DNA from: Candidatus Nitrosomaritimum khambatensis
Lineage (GTDB): Archaea; Thermoproteota; Nitrososphaeria; Nitrososphaerales; Nitrosopumilaceae
Direction of reading: 5' to 3'
DNA: 64,000 nucleotides
Assembly (NCBI GenBank): GCA_011773785.1
Contig: WVWY01000001.1
Location: forward strand, 3,085-67,084
Shown here in pieces: positions 15,713 to 25,335 of the stretch. The position numbers and the translations under genes were made by a program. Within the stretch, counting starts at the first letter, position 1. Every line of letters starts with the position of its first letter. The notes below the pieces were generated by a model. That model searched no databases, was not told the origin of the DNA, and saw only the letters and a list, made by a program, of their open reading frames with translations.

Positions 15713-17791
15713 TCACAGGGAAGTAATTTTACTTCCGTTTTCTGTTGACTCAAACCTGTAAATTCTTTCAACAGTAGAATCTTCAAAAATTTCCGCATCA
15801 TGAGTAATTATTACAAATTGCATTGGATTAGAAGAATTTGCAATATTGGATAATTGTGATAAAACTCCTACTAGGGATTTTTTTCTTTCTACATCAAGAT
15901 GAGTTGTAGGCTCATCTAAAATCATCAAATTGAGGTTTGATGCTCCTAAAAGATGTGCCATTCCTAGTCTCAAGGCTAAGGCCACGCTTACTTGTTCGCC
16001 TCCGCTTAGCGATTCTAAATCAAGAACTTCTTTTTTAGAATAACATGTAATTGAGATATCTCTTGTTTTTTCTGCAAGCTGAAGTCTTTGAATTTTTGTG
16101 TTAAGTAATGTTAGATATTCCGAGGCCTTCGATGAAATGGAATTAAGTGCCCAAGATCTCAAGCTAGTTGCAACTACACCATCTCTATTGAAAACATTTG
16201 TTTGAATATCGTTAAGTTCGTTAATGTATTCTTTCACTTTTCTTAATTCAGTCATTGACTCTTTAATTTTTGAGATATTTTCTTGATGTTTGAGAATTTT
16301 TTCATTGATTGCCCCTAATCTTTGATCCACATTTGATAATTCAGATTGTTTTTCCTCAACTAAATTTTTTAGATTTAAAAATTTGTCTTCTTCAAATCCA
16401 ATAGTTTCATCTTCTAATTTTGAAATATTTTCAAATAATAATTGTGAATGGGAATCTATTTTTGCTATTTCTAAAAGATTACTACTTGATATAACTGGAA
16501 TTTTGTCTATACTTATTTTCTTTATTTGAATCTCTTCTTTGATTTTGTTTAATTCATTTTCATCTTTTACAGAATGTGCTTTTAAAGTGGCTTCGGCATC
16601 AATTGAGCTTTGAAGTTTTTTTGAAAATTCTAATTTTTTAGTATGGTACATTTCTTTTTCTTTTTGTGAAGAAGAGATTTGATTTTTAATGGATTCTAAT
16701 TCATTAGCAAGATGTTCTTCTTGAAACAGCGGGTTTAGTTTTTCAACTTCTGAATCACAAACTGGACATTTGTTATCCATAAGTTGAAGCTTTTTTGCAA
16801 GATTTTGTTTTTCCTTAAGTGCTGTCTCTAAATTAGAAAGTTCTTGGATTTTCTTTTGGGCTTGTTCAATAGCTAACGTTATTTTTTCTAGTTTATTCTC
16901 AAGGTCGTCTTTCAGGCCCGCATATTCAAAACAATGCTCACAATCTTCAATTTTACGCTCTTTTTCGGCAATTTCACGCTGAATTTCTTTAATAGCCTCA
17001 CGTGCATATGACTGAAGTTCCTTTTTCCTCAAATCAAGTTGCTTAATTTTTTCTATTTTAGGGGTTTCATCCTCTAGTTTTTTGCGTAAATTTGAAACTT
17101 CAGACAAAAGCATTTTTTGAATTGTTTGTAGCCTTTCTTTTTCAGGTTTAGATTCTTCAAGTTCTTTTAGATAATTTTCTAGATCTCTTTCAAGAATGTC
17201 TATGTGAGTATCATCAAACCCCTCTTTTTGTTTTATTTCTTCACGAAACTCCTTGATTACCTCTTTCATATTGTTTGATGCAACATCTAATTTATCAATA
17301 CCAATAACTGCATTTAGTAATTCCTTGAATTCCTTAGGTTTTGCTTTTATTATTGAATTAAGTTCTCCTTGTTGAACTATGGATGCAATTTTTAATTTTT
17401 CAAAATCTAGCCCCAAGGTTTTTTCAATTTCATGAGTCATAGACTCTCCAAATTGTTTTCTTTCTCCTGATGCAATCTCAGTAACTTCCCCATTATTTAT
17501 TTTGGAGAATTTTGCCGCTAATGCTCCTTTACTGTCAATTTTTCTTACTGCTTCGTATTGTTGTCCATTTATTGTGAATGTTACTTTGGAATATCCTTGT
17601 GTTGAACCTCTTCGTATCAAGCCTTTACTGGATTTTCTGGTATGTTTTCCAAACAAAGCAAAGGTAATTGCATCAATTATGCTTGATTTTCCTGCCCCAT
17701 TATGTCCTACAAATACTGTAACACCATTTTCAAAATTTAATTTCGTATCTGAATGCGAAAGAAAATTACCTATCTCAACTGAATTAATCAT
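15713..17791 (-). CDS. rad50: DNA double-strand break repair ATPase Rad50
   Basis: Walker A 'GHNGAGKSSIIDAITFALFG', a long coiled coil with the zinc hook 'NKCPVCDS', signature 'LSGGEQVSVALALRL', and Walker B 'LMILDEPTTHLD'. The start at ATG 17791 overlaps the end of mre11 by 8 nt. Confidence 0.9.
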   Translation of the reverse strand: MINSVEIGNFLSHSDTKLNFENGVTVFVGHNGAGKSSIIDAITFALFGKHTRKSSKGLIRRGSTQGYSKVTFTINGQQYEAVRKIDSKGALAAKFSKINNGEVTEIASGERKQFGESMTHEIEKTLGLDFEKLKIASIVQQGELNSIIKAKPKEFKELLNAVIGIDKLDVASNNMKEVIKEFREEIKQKEGFDDTHIDILERDLENYLKELEESKPEKERLQTIQKMLLSEVSNLRKKLEDETPKIEKIKQLDLRKKELQSYAREAIKEIQREIAEKERKIEDCEHCFEYAGLKDDLENKLEKITLAIEQAQKKIQELSNLETALKEKQNLAKKLQLMDNKCPVCDSEVEKLNPLFQEEHLANELESIKNQISSSQKEKEMYHTKKLEFSKKLQSSIDAEATLKAHSVKDENELNKIKEEIQIKKISIDKIPVISSSNLLEIAKIDSHSQLLFENISKLEDETIGFEEDKFLNLKNLVEEKQSELSNVDQRLGAINEKILKHQENISKIKESMTELRKVKEYINELNDIQTNVFNRDGVVATSLRSWALNSISSKASEYLTLLNTKIQRLQLAEKTRDISITCYSKKEVLDLESLSGGEQVSVALALRLGMAHLLGASNLNLMILDEPTTHLDVERKKSLVGVLSQLSNIANSSNPMQFVIITHDAEIFEDSTVERIYRFESTENGSKITSL

Positions 17792-18926
17792 TTTTTTTCT
17801 CCTTAAATTTTGCAAAATTTTCTAAAACCACTTGTAGCGCTTCTTTAGTTTGATTTGTGGTTAGAGGTGGTAATAATTCTCTTATAGCAAATTCTGCCTT
17901 GTCTTCCTTACCTAAAGCGTTAATGGATAATTTGAATAATTCATCATCAATTGCATTTGGTCTTTCTAAAAATATAGATGCATCAGTTTCCTCTTTACCA
18001 CGAATTCTCCAAAAACATCTCAAACTTTTGGCCTCAATGGGTGCAATTTGTGCCTGAATTTGCTCTACCTCTACATTTTGACCTTGAATTTTTAACTCAA
18101 TGATTGGCTTTTTTTCCAAAAGTTCAATTTTTTCTAAAATCTCGCTAACCTCTTTTCCTAATTCATCATAATTTGTTTTAAATGAGAATTGAGGTCTGGT
18201 ATGTAACTCAATCCAATTTGCCTTGGCTTCTTTTTCAGAAATATCTACTTCAAAAAATCCTTTTTTCGCTTCTTTTATCCCCTCGCTTGTTGTAAGTTCT
18301 ATTGACCCTGGATATGCAATGGGACCATTAAGATGATTGAAATTTTTAATGTCTGTGTCATGAAGATGACCCATTGCATAATACGAAAAATTTTTTGGTA
18401 GATCAGTTGATTGTAATTCTCCTGCAAATTTGTTAAATTCAGTTATTCCTTGATGTAATACTAGGATTTTATGACCAGAAAAATTTTTTGCAGCATTATC
18501 TAATTCTGCAAATTTTTCTTCATATCTTGGTATTTCTGCTTTTCTTATTTTATCTAAACCGGCTAAAAGAATTCCTTTGTATTCAAAAGGCTTACCTTGT
18601 CCGATATATTTTGAAAATTCTAAATTATGATAAACATATGGGATTGGTGTTGTACGAATTCTGCTAATATCGTGTTCGCCTAAGATAAAAAATGAATCTA
18701 TGCCATTTTGTTTTAATCTTTTCAAAGCATTTGCCATTTGAACAATAGCTGTTCCACTTGGATTGGGAACATGAAAAATATCTCCTGCAAAAATCACAAA
18801 ATTTACATGGTCTTTAATTGAAGTGTCTATTGCTTCATTAAAAGCTAGATAGATGTCTTGCTCTCTTTCCTCAGAGCCATACTGTGCTAAACCCAAATGA
18901 GTATCTGATATATGCGAAAATAACAT
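17784..18926 (-). CDS. mre11: DNA repair nuclease Mre11
   Basis: Phosphoesterase motifs 'HISDTHLG', 'FAGDIFH', 'ILGEHD', 'VLHQG' and 'AMGHLHD'. Confidence 0.9.
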   Translation of the reverse strand: MLFSHISDTHLGLAQYGSEEREQDIYLAFNEAIDTSIKDHVNFVIFAGDIFHVPNPSGTAIVQMANALKRLKQNGIDSFFILGEHDISRIRTTPIPYVYHNLEFSKYIGQGKPFEYKGILLAGLDKIRKAEIPRYEEKFAELDNAAKNFSGHKILVLHQGITEFNKFAGELQSTDLPKNFSYYAMGHLHDTDIKNFNHLNGPIAYPGSIELTTSEGIKEAKKGFFEVDISEKEAKANWIELHTRPQFSFKTNYDELGKEVSEILEKIELLEKKPIIELKIQGQNVEVEQIQAQIAPIEAKSLRCFWRIRGKEETDASIFLERPNAIDDELFKLSINALGKEDKAEFAIRELLPPLTTNQTKEALQVVLENFAKFKEKKND

Positions 18927-20459
18927 TTAGTCTAATAACAAATCTTTTTGGACAAGTCCCTGGGTTGACTCTACTGCAATCTCATTCATTTTTTTGGTGC
19001 TGGCCCAAGCATTGACAGCACTTTGATCAGCTCCCATCATCTTTTCTTTTACCTCCTCTACATGCACCAATGAAGGTAAATTGGTCCATTGGCCGACTAG
19101 AACCGCATCTCCCACATTAAGTGAGGTCAATTGAGATATCAAATCACGGCTAGTAGATTCGGTGGCCGAGGCTATTTGGCGTTGATCATCTTCTTGAATA
19201 ATCTTCATAATGGCAAATGATCCCATTTGGCTTAATACATTCAAATCCACACTTCTAGGTCTTTGAGAAACAATCCCTAGTCCTAATCCAAACTTTCTTC
19301 CCTCTCTAGCAATTTTTGCTGCCCAATATTTTGCACCAGTGTCGTGTTCTTTGGGAATGAATACATGTGCTTCTTCAATTATTACAAAAATTGGCGAATG
19401 GAATCGATAATTTCTTTCTCTTTTTGATCTCCCATGTTGTGCTATACTTGCATCTTTTCTGTCTTTAAGTAATTGTTGAAGATAAAATGAAACTGCTACA
19501 TTAGCTTGTTTTTCTGATAATTCTGAAATGTTTAGGATGTTTGTTCTTCCTTCCTTGATGAAACTAATTGGGTCTCCCATGTCAGGATCTAAAATATCCT
19601 CGAATCTTTTTTGTGCCTCTTCCACTATGTCTTGAACTCTATAAGCTGAAGCCCGAATCTCTTTTAGTTTTTTATCCTCAGTGCTTACAATGAATTCGAG
19701 TTCATTTTCGAGTTTTGACCAAAATTCCTTAGATTCCCTAACATTTTTTGTAAATGCCATACGCAAAACTCTTTGTTGAACATTTGCTCCGTCTCTTATC
19801 TCTAATACTTCGGAAAATTGATCAGCATCTAAAAGTCTAGGATTAATTTTTGCATCAATAACGTTGATTCTAGGAATATTCAGAGTTGTATAATCATTAT
19901 GATAATCAAATATTATTACAGTTCCATCAAGTTTTCCAATTTGTTTTGCAACCAAAGATACCAAATTACTTTTTCCCATTCCTGTCATTGCCAAAATTCC
20001 TAAATGTCGAGAAACTATTTTGTCCAAATTGACTTTCGCTTCAATTGACTTGTTTCTTAGCAATGTTCCAATTTTTGCCCATCCTTCGTTTTGAGAACTA
20101 AAAATTGATTCTAATTCTTGTTTGGTAGGTTGAGTAATTTTTGTGCCTGGAATAGGGGGAATTGCCGGAATAATTGATTGGCCTTTTTGTAATTTGTCCA
20201 AAAATCCTAAAATTCCGATATTTGCTGTGAATGTTTTATCTCGTTTGTTTATCTCAGCAATCTCTGTACTTTCTGCTGCTTCATCAAAATTTTTAACATC
20301 TGCAAAGGCAGCACTTGATATTTTCGATTTTTCTACCAGCCCTAGAATTTTTCCTTCTTCAGTATCAATAATTGTGTACTCCCCAACAGAAAGAGGTCTT
20401 GAGGTAAGAGCAGTAACAAATGTGGGCTTGGATTCTCCAATAACATATCCTAAACTCAT
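18927..20459 (-). CDS. herA: HerA-type bipolar DNA helicase / ATPase
   Basis: Walker A 'GILAMTGMGKSNLV', Walker B 'FVIIEEAHVFIP', and its position between nurA and mre11. Confidence 0.85.
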   Translation of the reverse strand: MSLGYVIGESKPTFVTALTSRPLSVGEYTIIDTEEGKILGLVEKSKISSAAFADVKNFDEAAESTEIAEINKRDKTFTANIGILGFLDKLQKGQSIIPAIPPIPGTKITQPTKQELESIFSSQNEGWAKIGTLLRNKSIEAKVNLDKIVSRHLGILAMTGMGKSNLVSLVAKQIGKLDGTVIIFDYHNDYTTLNIPRINVIDAKINPRLLDADQFSEVLEIRDGANVQQRVLRMAFTKNVRESKEFWSKLENELEFIVSTEDKKLKEIRASAYRVQDIVEEAQKRFEDILDPDMGDPISFIKEGRTNILNISELSEKQANVAVSFYLQQLLKDRKDASIAQHGRSKRERNYRFHSPIFVIIEEAHVFIPKEHDTGAKYWAAKIAREGRKFGLGLGIVSQRPRSVDLNVLSQMGSFAIMKIIQEDDQRQIASATESTSRDLISQLTSLNVGDAVLVGQWTNLPSLVHVEEVKEKMMGADQSAVNAWASTKKMNEIAVESTQGLVQKDLLLD

Positions 20460-21292
20460 CCTAGAACCTCCCTTGAACCAATTTCATTACTTAAACCCAA
20501 AAGACTTACCATTTTTGCAAGTTCTTTGTCGGATATTTTACAGTTATTATGAGCAAGCTTGAGTGCATATGGATAGCCTCCTACACTATTCTTGTAAAGT
20601 TTGTTCAATGTGGATTTAATTTCATTTTCGGAATGATCTTCCCCTAAAAATTCTAGCTTGATAATGGGTGTTGATTCACTCAAACGAACAAAAGTAGATG
20701 CAATAATTTTATCTGATCCATATTTTTTTTCTACAAATAATTTTGAAAATCCTGGGGATTTGGTTATGTGATTATAATAGAAAATATCTCCGGCAAGGGA
20801 CCCATATTTTTCAAATTGCTTTTTTGTGTTTGAAGTTTTAGCTATGAAAATTACATTGTTTTTCTTTTTCATTGTTTTTACCACTATGGCATCAAGTGAT
20901 GACTGTCTGGTCATAAACTGAGAATGTAAAGAACCATCCATCAAAACTAAATCTACTTCATCAACTGTTTTTTCACATGCTTCAATCTCCATCTTGCTTG
21001 CAATTTTAGATAAATCTACATCGGAACCTAAACCAGAATCATGTAGATCTACTAGTATCTCTCCATTTGATTTCACTGATACTGCAGTAGCAGCCCACAA
21101 CTCTATTCCTTGGAATTTAGTGTTGTTGAAGCTAGAATCTATTCCTGCAGTGACTGATTCATGTTTCTCAGGATTGTACTCTACCCAGTTTTCTTTGGCT
21201 TTTTTTAAAATTTGTTCAAATTTGGGACCCTTGAGAATGGATAGCATCTTATCTCGATTTAATATGGCATCCTTGTAAACGGTATTGAGCAC
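20456..21292 (-). CDS. nurA: NurA 5'-3' nuclease
   Basis: 'AGIDSSF' and 'LVLMDGSL' are NurA-like acidic motifs. An ATGA overlap links it to herA. Confidence 0.75.
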   Translation of the reverse strand: MLNTVYKDAILNRDKMLSILKGPKFEQILKKAKENWVEYNPEKHESVTAGIDSSFNNTKFQGIELWAATAVSVKSNGEILVDLHDSGLGSDVDLSKIASKMEIEACEKTVDEVDLVLMDGSLHSQFMTRQSSLDAIVVKTMKKKNNVIFIAKTSNTKKQFEKYGSLAGDIFYYNHITKSPGFSKLFVEKKYGSDKIIASTFVRLSESTPIIKLEFLGEDHSENEIKSTLNKLYKNSVGGYPYALKLAHNNCKISDKELAKMVSLLGLSNEIGSREVLG

Positions 21293-21371
21293 AAAAATAG
21301 TTAGTAGTTTTGAATAAAATCTTTAGGTTATACTGAAAGTTGACAATGAAAGGGTTCTTTTTGTGGAAATT

Positions 21372-21557
21372 TTAAAAGAAAATCGAAGGCTTGTCCCAGG
21401 CAAATAACAACAAAACACCTGTCAGAATTACAAAGGCAGCCATAAAGTAAATCACAACATGCAGTATTCCGATTTTTTTACTAAAGTAATTTCCAACAAA
21501 CACGACCACTATCCCCATAAACACTAGACCTAGACCTAAAATCAGATTCTCATACAC
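21372..21557 (-). CDS. Small two-TM membrane protein
   Basis: A 61-aa product made almost entirely of two hydrophobic helices. Confidence 0.4.
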   Translation of the reverse strand: MYENLILGLGLVFMGIVVVFVGNYFSKKIGILHVVIYFMAAFVILTGVLLLFAWDKPSIFF

Positions 21558-21595
21558 AAACTTTGAGATATTACTCTTGTATAAGTCTCTAAAGA

Positions 21596-22657
21596 TTATC
21601 CTATTCTGCTTTTCAAAATAATTTTTTCTTCAGTTCCAGACGGTGTTGTAGTATCGATGTACCTTATCTCATACCAGTCTCCAATATGGACTACTTTGCC
21701 ATCAAGTTGGCGTGGAATCTTTATTTTGACTTCAAAAACATCTGTATTCTCACCAGTTTCTAACAAGTAGCTAGAGTTTGCATCAAAGCTAGGTGATGCA
21801 AGACTGATTCTGATTCCTCCTTCTCCTCTGTATTCTAATCGACTCAAAGGAATTCTATCTACATCTTTTGAATCTCTGTTTGCATCAGGTTCGTATAATC
21901 TCAAGATAAACTCATGACCAATCCTTGTCTTGTCTGCAGAGCTTTGAATCTGAGCATAGGTATTTCGTAAAGGAATTGATTTGACAAGAACTTGTGGCTC
22001 TCCAGATGCATCTGATTCATCAAGATATCTTACCTCAACAATATCATCTTGATCAATTGGTTTTCCGTTAATTGTATCAGGTAACTGTAATCTTGCATAA
22101 AATACTCCAGTGTCTGGTCCTGTCTCAATCATTCGTTCTGGTCCTGGAATGGGAATGCCATTGATTAGAAACTCTACTAGTCCTTCAGTTTCAATTAGTT
22201 CAACCCCTGAGTGTGCCAAGTTCAAATCATCATCTGTTATGTAAAAATTCACAATCGAGCCGCCAGAGGCTGGAATGTTTGTAATTTCATCTTGAGCATC
22301 TTTGAATTGAACTGTACGCTCTGGAGTTACAGATTTTGATTCTGGTTCAATATCTGTCACTTTGATTGGAACAAATGCCATTCCTCTTTCTTGAAAGACT
22401 TCGGCAGTAGATGGTTTTACACAAGCAGGAGCACCATTATTTCTAATAATTAGATTCAGCCCTTCTTTGCAAATTACTTCTTCAGCAGCAACTCCTCTCT
22501 TCATTTGTTGTTTAGGCGATTCTATTTGAGCATCAACAGGAATGGCAAGAGTGAAAATTAACGATAATACAAAACCAAATACAATCTTGTTCTTATACAA
22601 TGTACCATTAATCTTGTTTTTATCATAAATAGATTGATGATAAATTCTACTTGTCAT
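21596..22657 (-). CDS. Secreted protein with two internal repeats of about 95 aa
   Basis: Signal anchor 'IVFGFVLSLIFTLAIPVDA'. Repeated blocks: '...ITDDDLNL...ETGPDTGVFYARLQLP...VEVRYLDESDASGEP' and '...YEPDANRD...ETGENTDVFEVKIKIP...YEIRYIDTTTPSGTE'. Confidence 0.55.
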   Translation of the reverse strand: MTSRIYHQSIYDKNKINGTLYKNKIVFGFVLSLIFTLAIPVDAQIESPKQQMKRGVAAEEVICKEGLNLIIRNNGAPACVKPSTAEVFQERGMAFVPIKVTDIEPESKSVTPERTVQFKDAQDEITNIPASGGSIVNFYITDDDLNLAHSGVELIETEGLVEFLINGIPIPGPERMIETGPDTGVFYARLQLPDTINGKPIDQDDIVEVRYLDESDASGEPQVLVKSIPLRNTYAQIQSSADKTRIGHEFILRLYEPDANRDSKDVDRIPLSRLEYRGEGGIRISLASPSFDANSSYLLETGENTDVFEVKIKIPRQLDGKVVHIGDWYEIRYIDTTTPSGTEEKIILKSRIG

Positions 22658-22737
22658 TTGACAATCAGACTAGAGAATCATTGCTGAAAATATGTGCATT
22701 GGTTATATTTGATAAAGATAGAGAGTCTTTGAGAGAT

Positions 22738-23325
22738 ATGAAAAGAGTCCTTGCAGCAACCCCATTATTGTTATTGATGCTTATTCCTATTTCGACTGCT
22801 CATGCAGAGCATGTATTTCCTTTTGATGCACATGCACAATTTCTTGACATTTCTCAGTTAGAGGCTGAAAAAACCTCATTCGTATTTGATGATATAGAAT
22901 ACACTCTCTACTATGGATATCATGGTAGCATTGACAGCTCAATGATGGAGGAATTTGGTGAACCAGTAGTCACAGAGATGATTATCAATCAAGAAAGAAA
23001 GTCCATTGAAGTTTCTTTTGAAAAAGTTCCCGAGACAACTGATTTTTGGGTAAGAATTCCATTTGAGGTCTTAACTGCAGAAAAAGAGGATTACACAGTT
23101 TTGGTTAATGGTGAGGATACTGGATACGACCTAATGAAAATGCCTGATGCATATGTAGTAGGATTGATAATTACTGAAGAAACTCAACATGTTGAAATTA
23201 TAGGCACAAATGTAATTCCAGAATTTGGAACAGTTGCAATTATGGTACTAGGTGTATCGATTTTAGGAATTGTTTACTTTGTCAGAAAATCTCCTTTAGG
23301 TGCATCCTGGACTAGGATTAATTAG
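22738..23325 (+). CDS. Secreted protein with a PEFG-CTERM-type sorting tail
   Basis: Signal 'MKRVLAATPLLLLMLIPISTAHA' (internal ATG 22738). The C-terminus is 'VIPEFGTVAIMVLGVSILGIVYFVRK': a PEFG motif, then a TM helix, then a basic cluster. Confidence 0.65.
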   Translation: MKRVLAATPLLLLMLIPISTAHAEHVFPFDAHAQFLDISQLEAEKTSFVFDDIEYTLYYGYHGSIDSSMMEEFGEPVVTEMIINQERKSIEVSFEKVPETTDFWVRIPFEVLTAEKEDYTVLVNGEDTGYDLMKMPDAYVVGLIITEETQHVEIIGTNVIPEFGTVAIMVLGVSILGIVYFVRKSPLGASWTRIN

Positions 23326-23348
23326 GCAATTTCTTTAAGATTATTCTG

Positions 23349-24167
23349 ATGAAAAAAATCGGGCTTCTTGGTTGTGGTGCCATAGGAACTCAAATAGCTT
23401 TGGCAATTGATTCAGGAAAAATTCCAGCAAAGTTAACTCATGTCTATGATGGCTCAAAAGAAGCTTCTGCAAAATTAGTTGAAAAATTAAATTCCAAACC
23501 AATAATTGTAGAAAACTCTCACCTTTTATCTTCAAACCCAGTTGATATTATTGTAGAGGCTGCATCTCAAGATGCAGTAAAAGATGTCTCACTAAGTGTA
23601 CTTCAAAACAAAAAAGACCTTATGATTATGAGTGTTGGTGCTTTACTTGATGAATCAATTTATGATATTTTATCTGATGCATGCAAGGATTTCAAAAAAA
23701 CAATTTATCTCCCATCTGGAGCAATTGCAGGATTAGATGGAATAAAGGCAGTACATGATGAACTAGACTCTCTTTCAATTACTACTACCAAACATCCACG
23801 ATCTTTGAAAGGTGCAAAGTTTTTTGAAAATTCAGATATTGATTTGGATTCTCTTGATTCTAAAACAGAAATCTTTCAAGGCACTGCAAAACAAGCAGTA
23901 TCGCTTTTTCCTGCAAATATCAATGTGGCAGCACTTCTCTCATTAACTGGAATTGGTAGTGAAAACACCAAAGTGGTGATTGTTGCAGATCCTAAAACTG
24001 ATAAAAACACTCATCACATTGAAGCAAAAGGCAGTTTTGGGAAAATGACTTTTACTATTGAAAATTTTCCAGATCCTAACAATCCTAAAACTAGCAGATT
24101 GGCAATCTTGTCTGCAATTGAAACTCTCAGAAAGTACTGTTCAGATGAAATTCAAATTGGAACATAA
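23349..24167 (+). CDS. nadX: L-aspartate dehydrogenase
   Basis: 'KIGLLGCGAIGTQIA' Rossmann motif, and 'HHIEAKGSFGKMTFTIENFPDPNNPKTSRLAILSAI', typical of the NadX C-terminal domain. Confidence 0.8.
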   Translation: MKKIGLLGCGAIGTQIALAIDSGKIPAKLTHVYDGSKEASAKLVEKLNSKPIIVENSHLLSSNPVDIIVEAASQDAVKDVSLSVLQNKKDLMIMSVGALLDESIYDILSDACKDFKKTIYLPSGAIAGLDGIKAVHDELDSLSITTTKHPRSLKGAKFFENSDIDLDSLDSKTEIFQGTAKQAVSLFPANINVAALLSLTGIGSENTKVVIVADPKTDKNTHHIEAKGSFGKMTFTIENFPDPNNPKTSRLAILSAIETLRKYCSDEIQIGT

Positions 24168-24261
24168 TATGGCAAATATTGCCACTATTACCAAAATATT
24201 ATAGAATTCTGGGCATCATCTTAGTCTTTAAATCCTGTATTTTTTCATTTTTCTTTGGCTT

Positions 24262-25218
24262 ATGCTCGTCCAAGATACATCCAAGCTCAAAGAAGACATC
24301 TTACGTCTAAAAAAAGAAAAAGACGTAGTAATTCTTGCGCATAATTATCAAATTCCAGACATTCAAGATATTGCTGATTTCACAGGCGACTCACTTGGAC
24401 TCTCAAGACAAGCAGCCAAAGTTCCTCAAAAAACAATCTTGTTTTGCGGAGTCCACTTTATGGCAGAAACAGCAAAGATTATCAGCCCACAAAAAAAGGT
24501 ACTAATTCCAGATTTGGAAGCAGGATGTTCATTATCTGATTCTATTACTCTTGATGAATTAAAAAATTGGAAAAAACAACATCCAAAAGCAATAGCAGTA
24601 GGATATGTCAACACTACAGCAGAAATAAAATCTGAATTAGATTACTGTTGCACATCTTCAAATGCAGTAAATGTTGTTAATGCAATTCCTAAAGACAAAG
24701 AGATTTTGTTTTTGCCTGACATGTTTTTGGGCTCTTATGTTGCCAAAGTTACTGGAAGAAAAAATATGCACATTTGGGCAGGTGAATGTCATGTGCATGC
24801 AGGAATCACTCCTGAAGATGTAACTAAAAAATTAGATTCGCTTAAAGATTCTGAATTTGTAATACATCCAGAATGTAGCTGCACCACACCAATGCTTTAT
24901 GATCTTGCTTCTGGTAGCTTTGATGATAGAAAAGTTTCCATTCTTTCAACTGAAGGAATGCTAAATCGCGTTAAAGATTCTAAAGCAAAGAACTTTGTTG
25001 TTGCAACTGAAACTGGAATTTTATATCGAATGAGAAAACAAAATCCCGACAAAAACTTTGTTCCAGCTTCAGACAAAGCCGAATGCCAACACATGAAGAT
25101 GAATACTCTAGAAAAGGTCTATGACTCTATTGTTCAAGACAAGTATGAAGTTACAGTACCCAAAGAGATTGCCGATAAAGCCCGATTAGCAATTGAACGC
25201 ATGCTTGCCATTAGTTAA
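24262..25218 (+). CDS. nadA: Quinolinate synthase
   Basis: 'ILAHNYQIPDIQDIADFTGDSLGLS', 'VHFMAETAKI', 'YVNTTAEIK', 'HPEC' and 'ATETGILYRM'. Confidence 0.9.
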   Translation: MLVQDTSKLKEDILRLKKEKDVVILAHNYQIPDIQDIADFTGDSLGLSRQAAKVPQKTILFCGVHFMAETAKIISPQKKVLIPDLEAGCSLSDSITLDELKNWKKQHPKAIAVGYVNTTAEIKSELDYCCTSSNAVNVVNAIPKDKEILFLPDMFLGSYVAKVTGRKNMHIWAGECHVHAGITPEDVTKKLDSLKDSEFVIHPECSCTTPMLYDLASGSFDDRKVSILSTEGMLNRVKDSKAKNFVVATETGILYRMRKQNPDKNFVPASDKAECQHMKMNTLEKVYDSIVQDKYEVTVPKEIADKARLAIERMLAIS

Positions 25219-25335
25219 TCTGCGAGTCCAACCATCTATTCATAATTTCATTTTTTCACAAATATGAGGAACTTTGCGATCAAACCAAGCACAAACTAGA
25301 CAATACTTAATAATTTTTTATTATTAACGTAAAGA

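Noticed and set aside
24170-24184. Palindrome tggcaa-ata-ttgcca immediately after the nadX stop codon
   Set aside because: It is short (6-bp arms) and AT-rich, so it could be a chance occurrence in this composition. I noted it as a possible hairpin or operator but the support is too weak.
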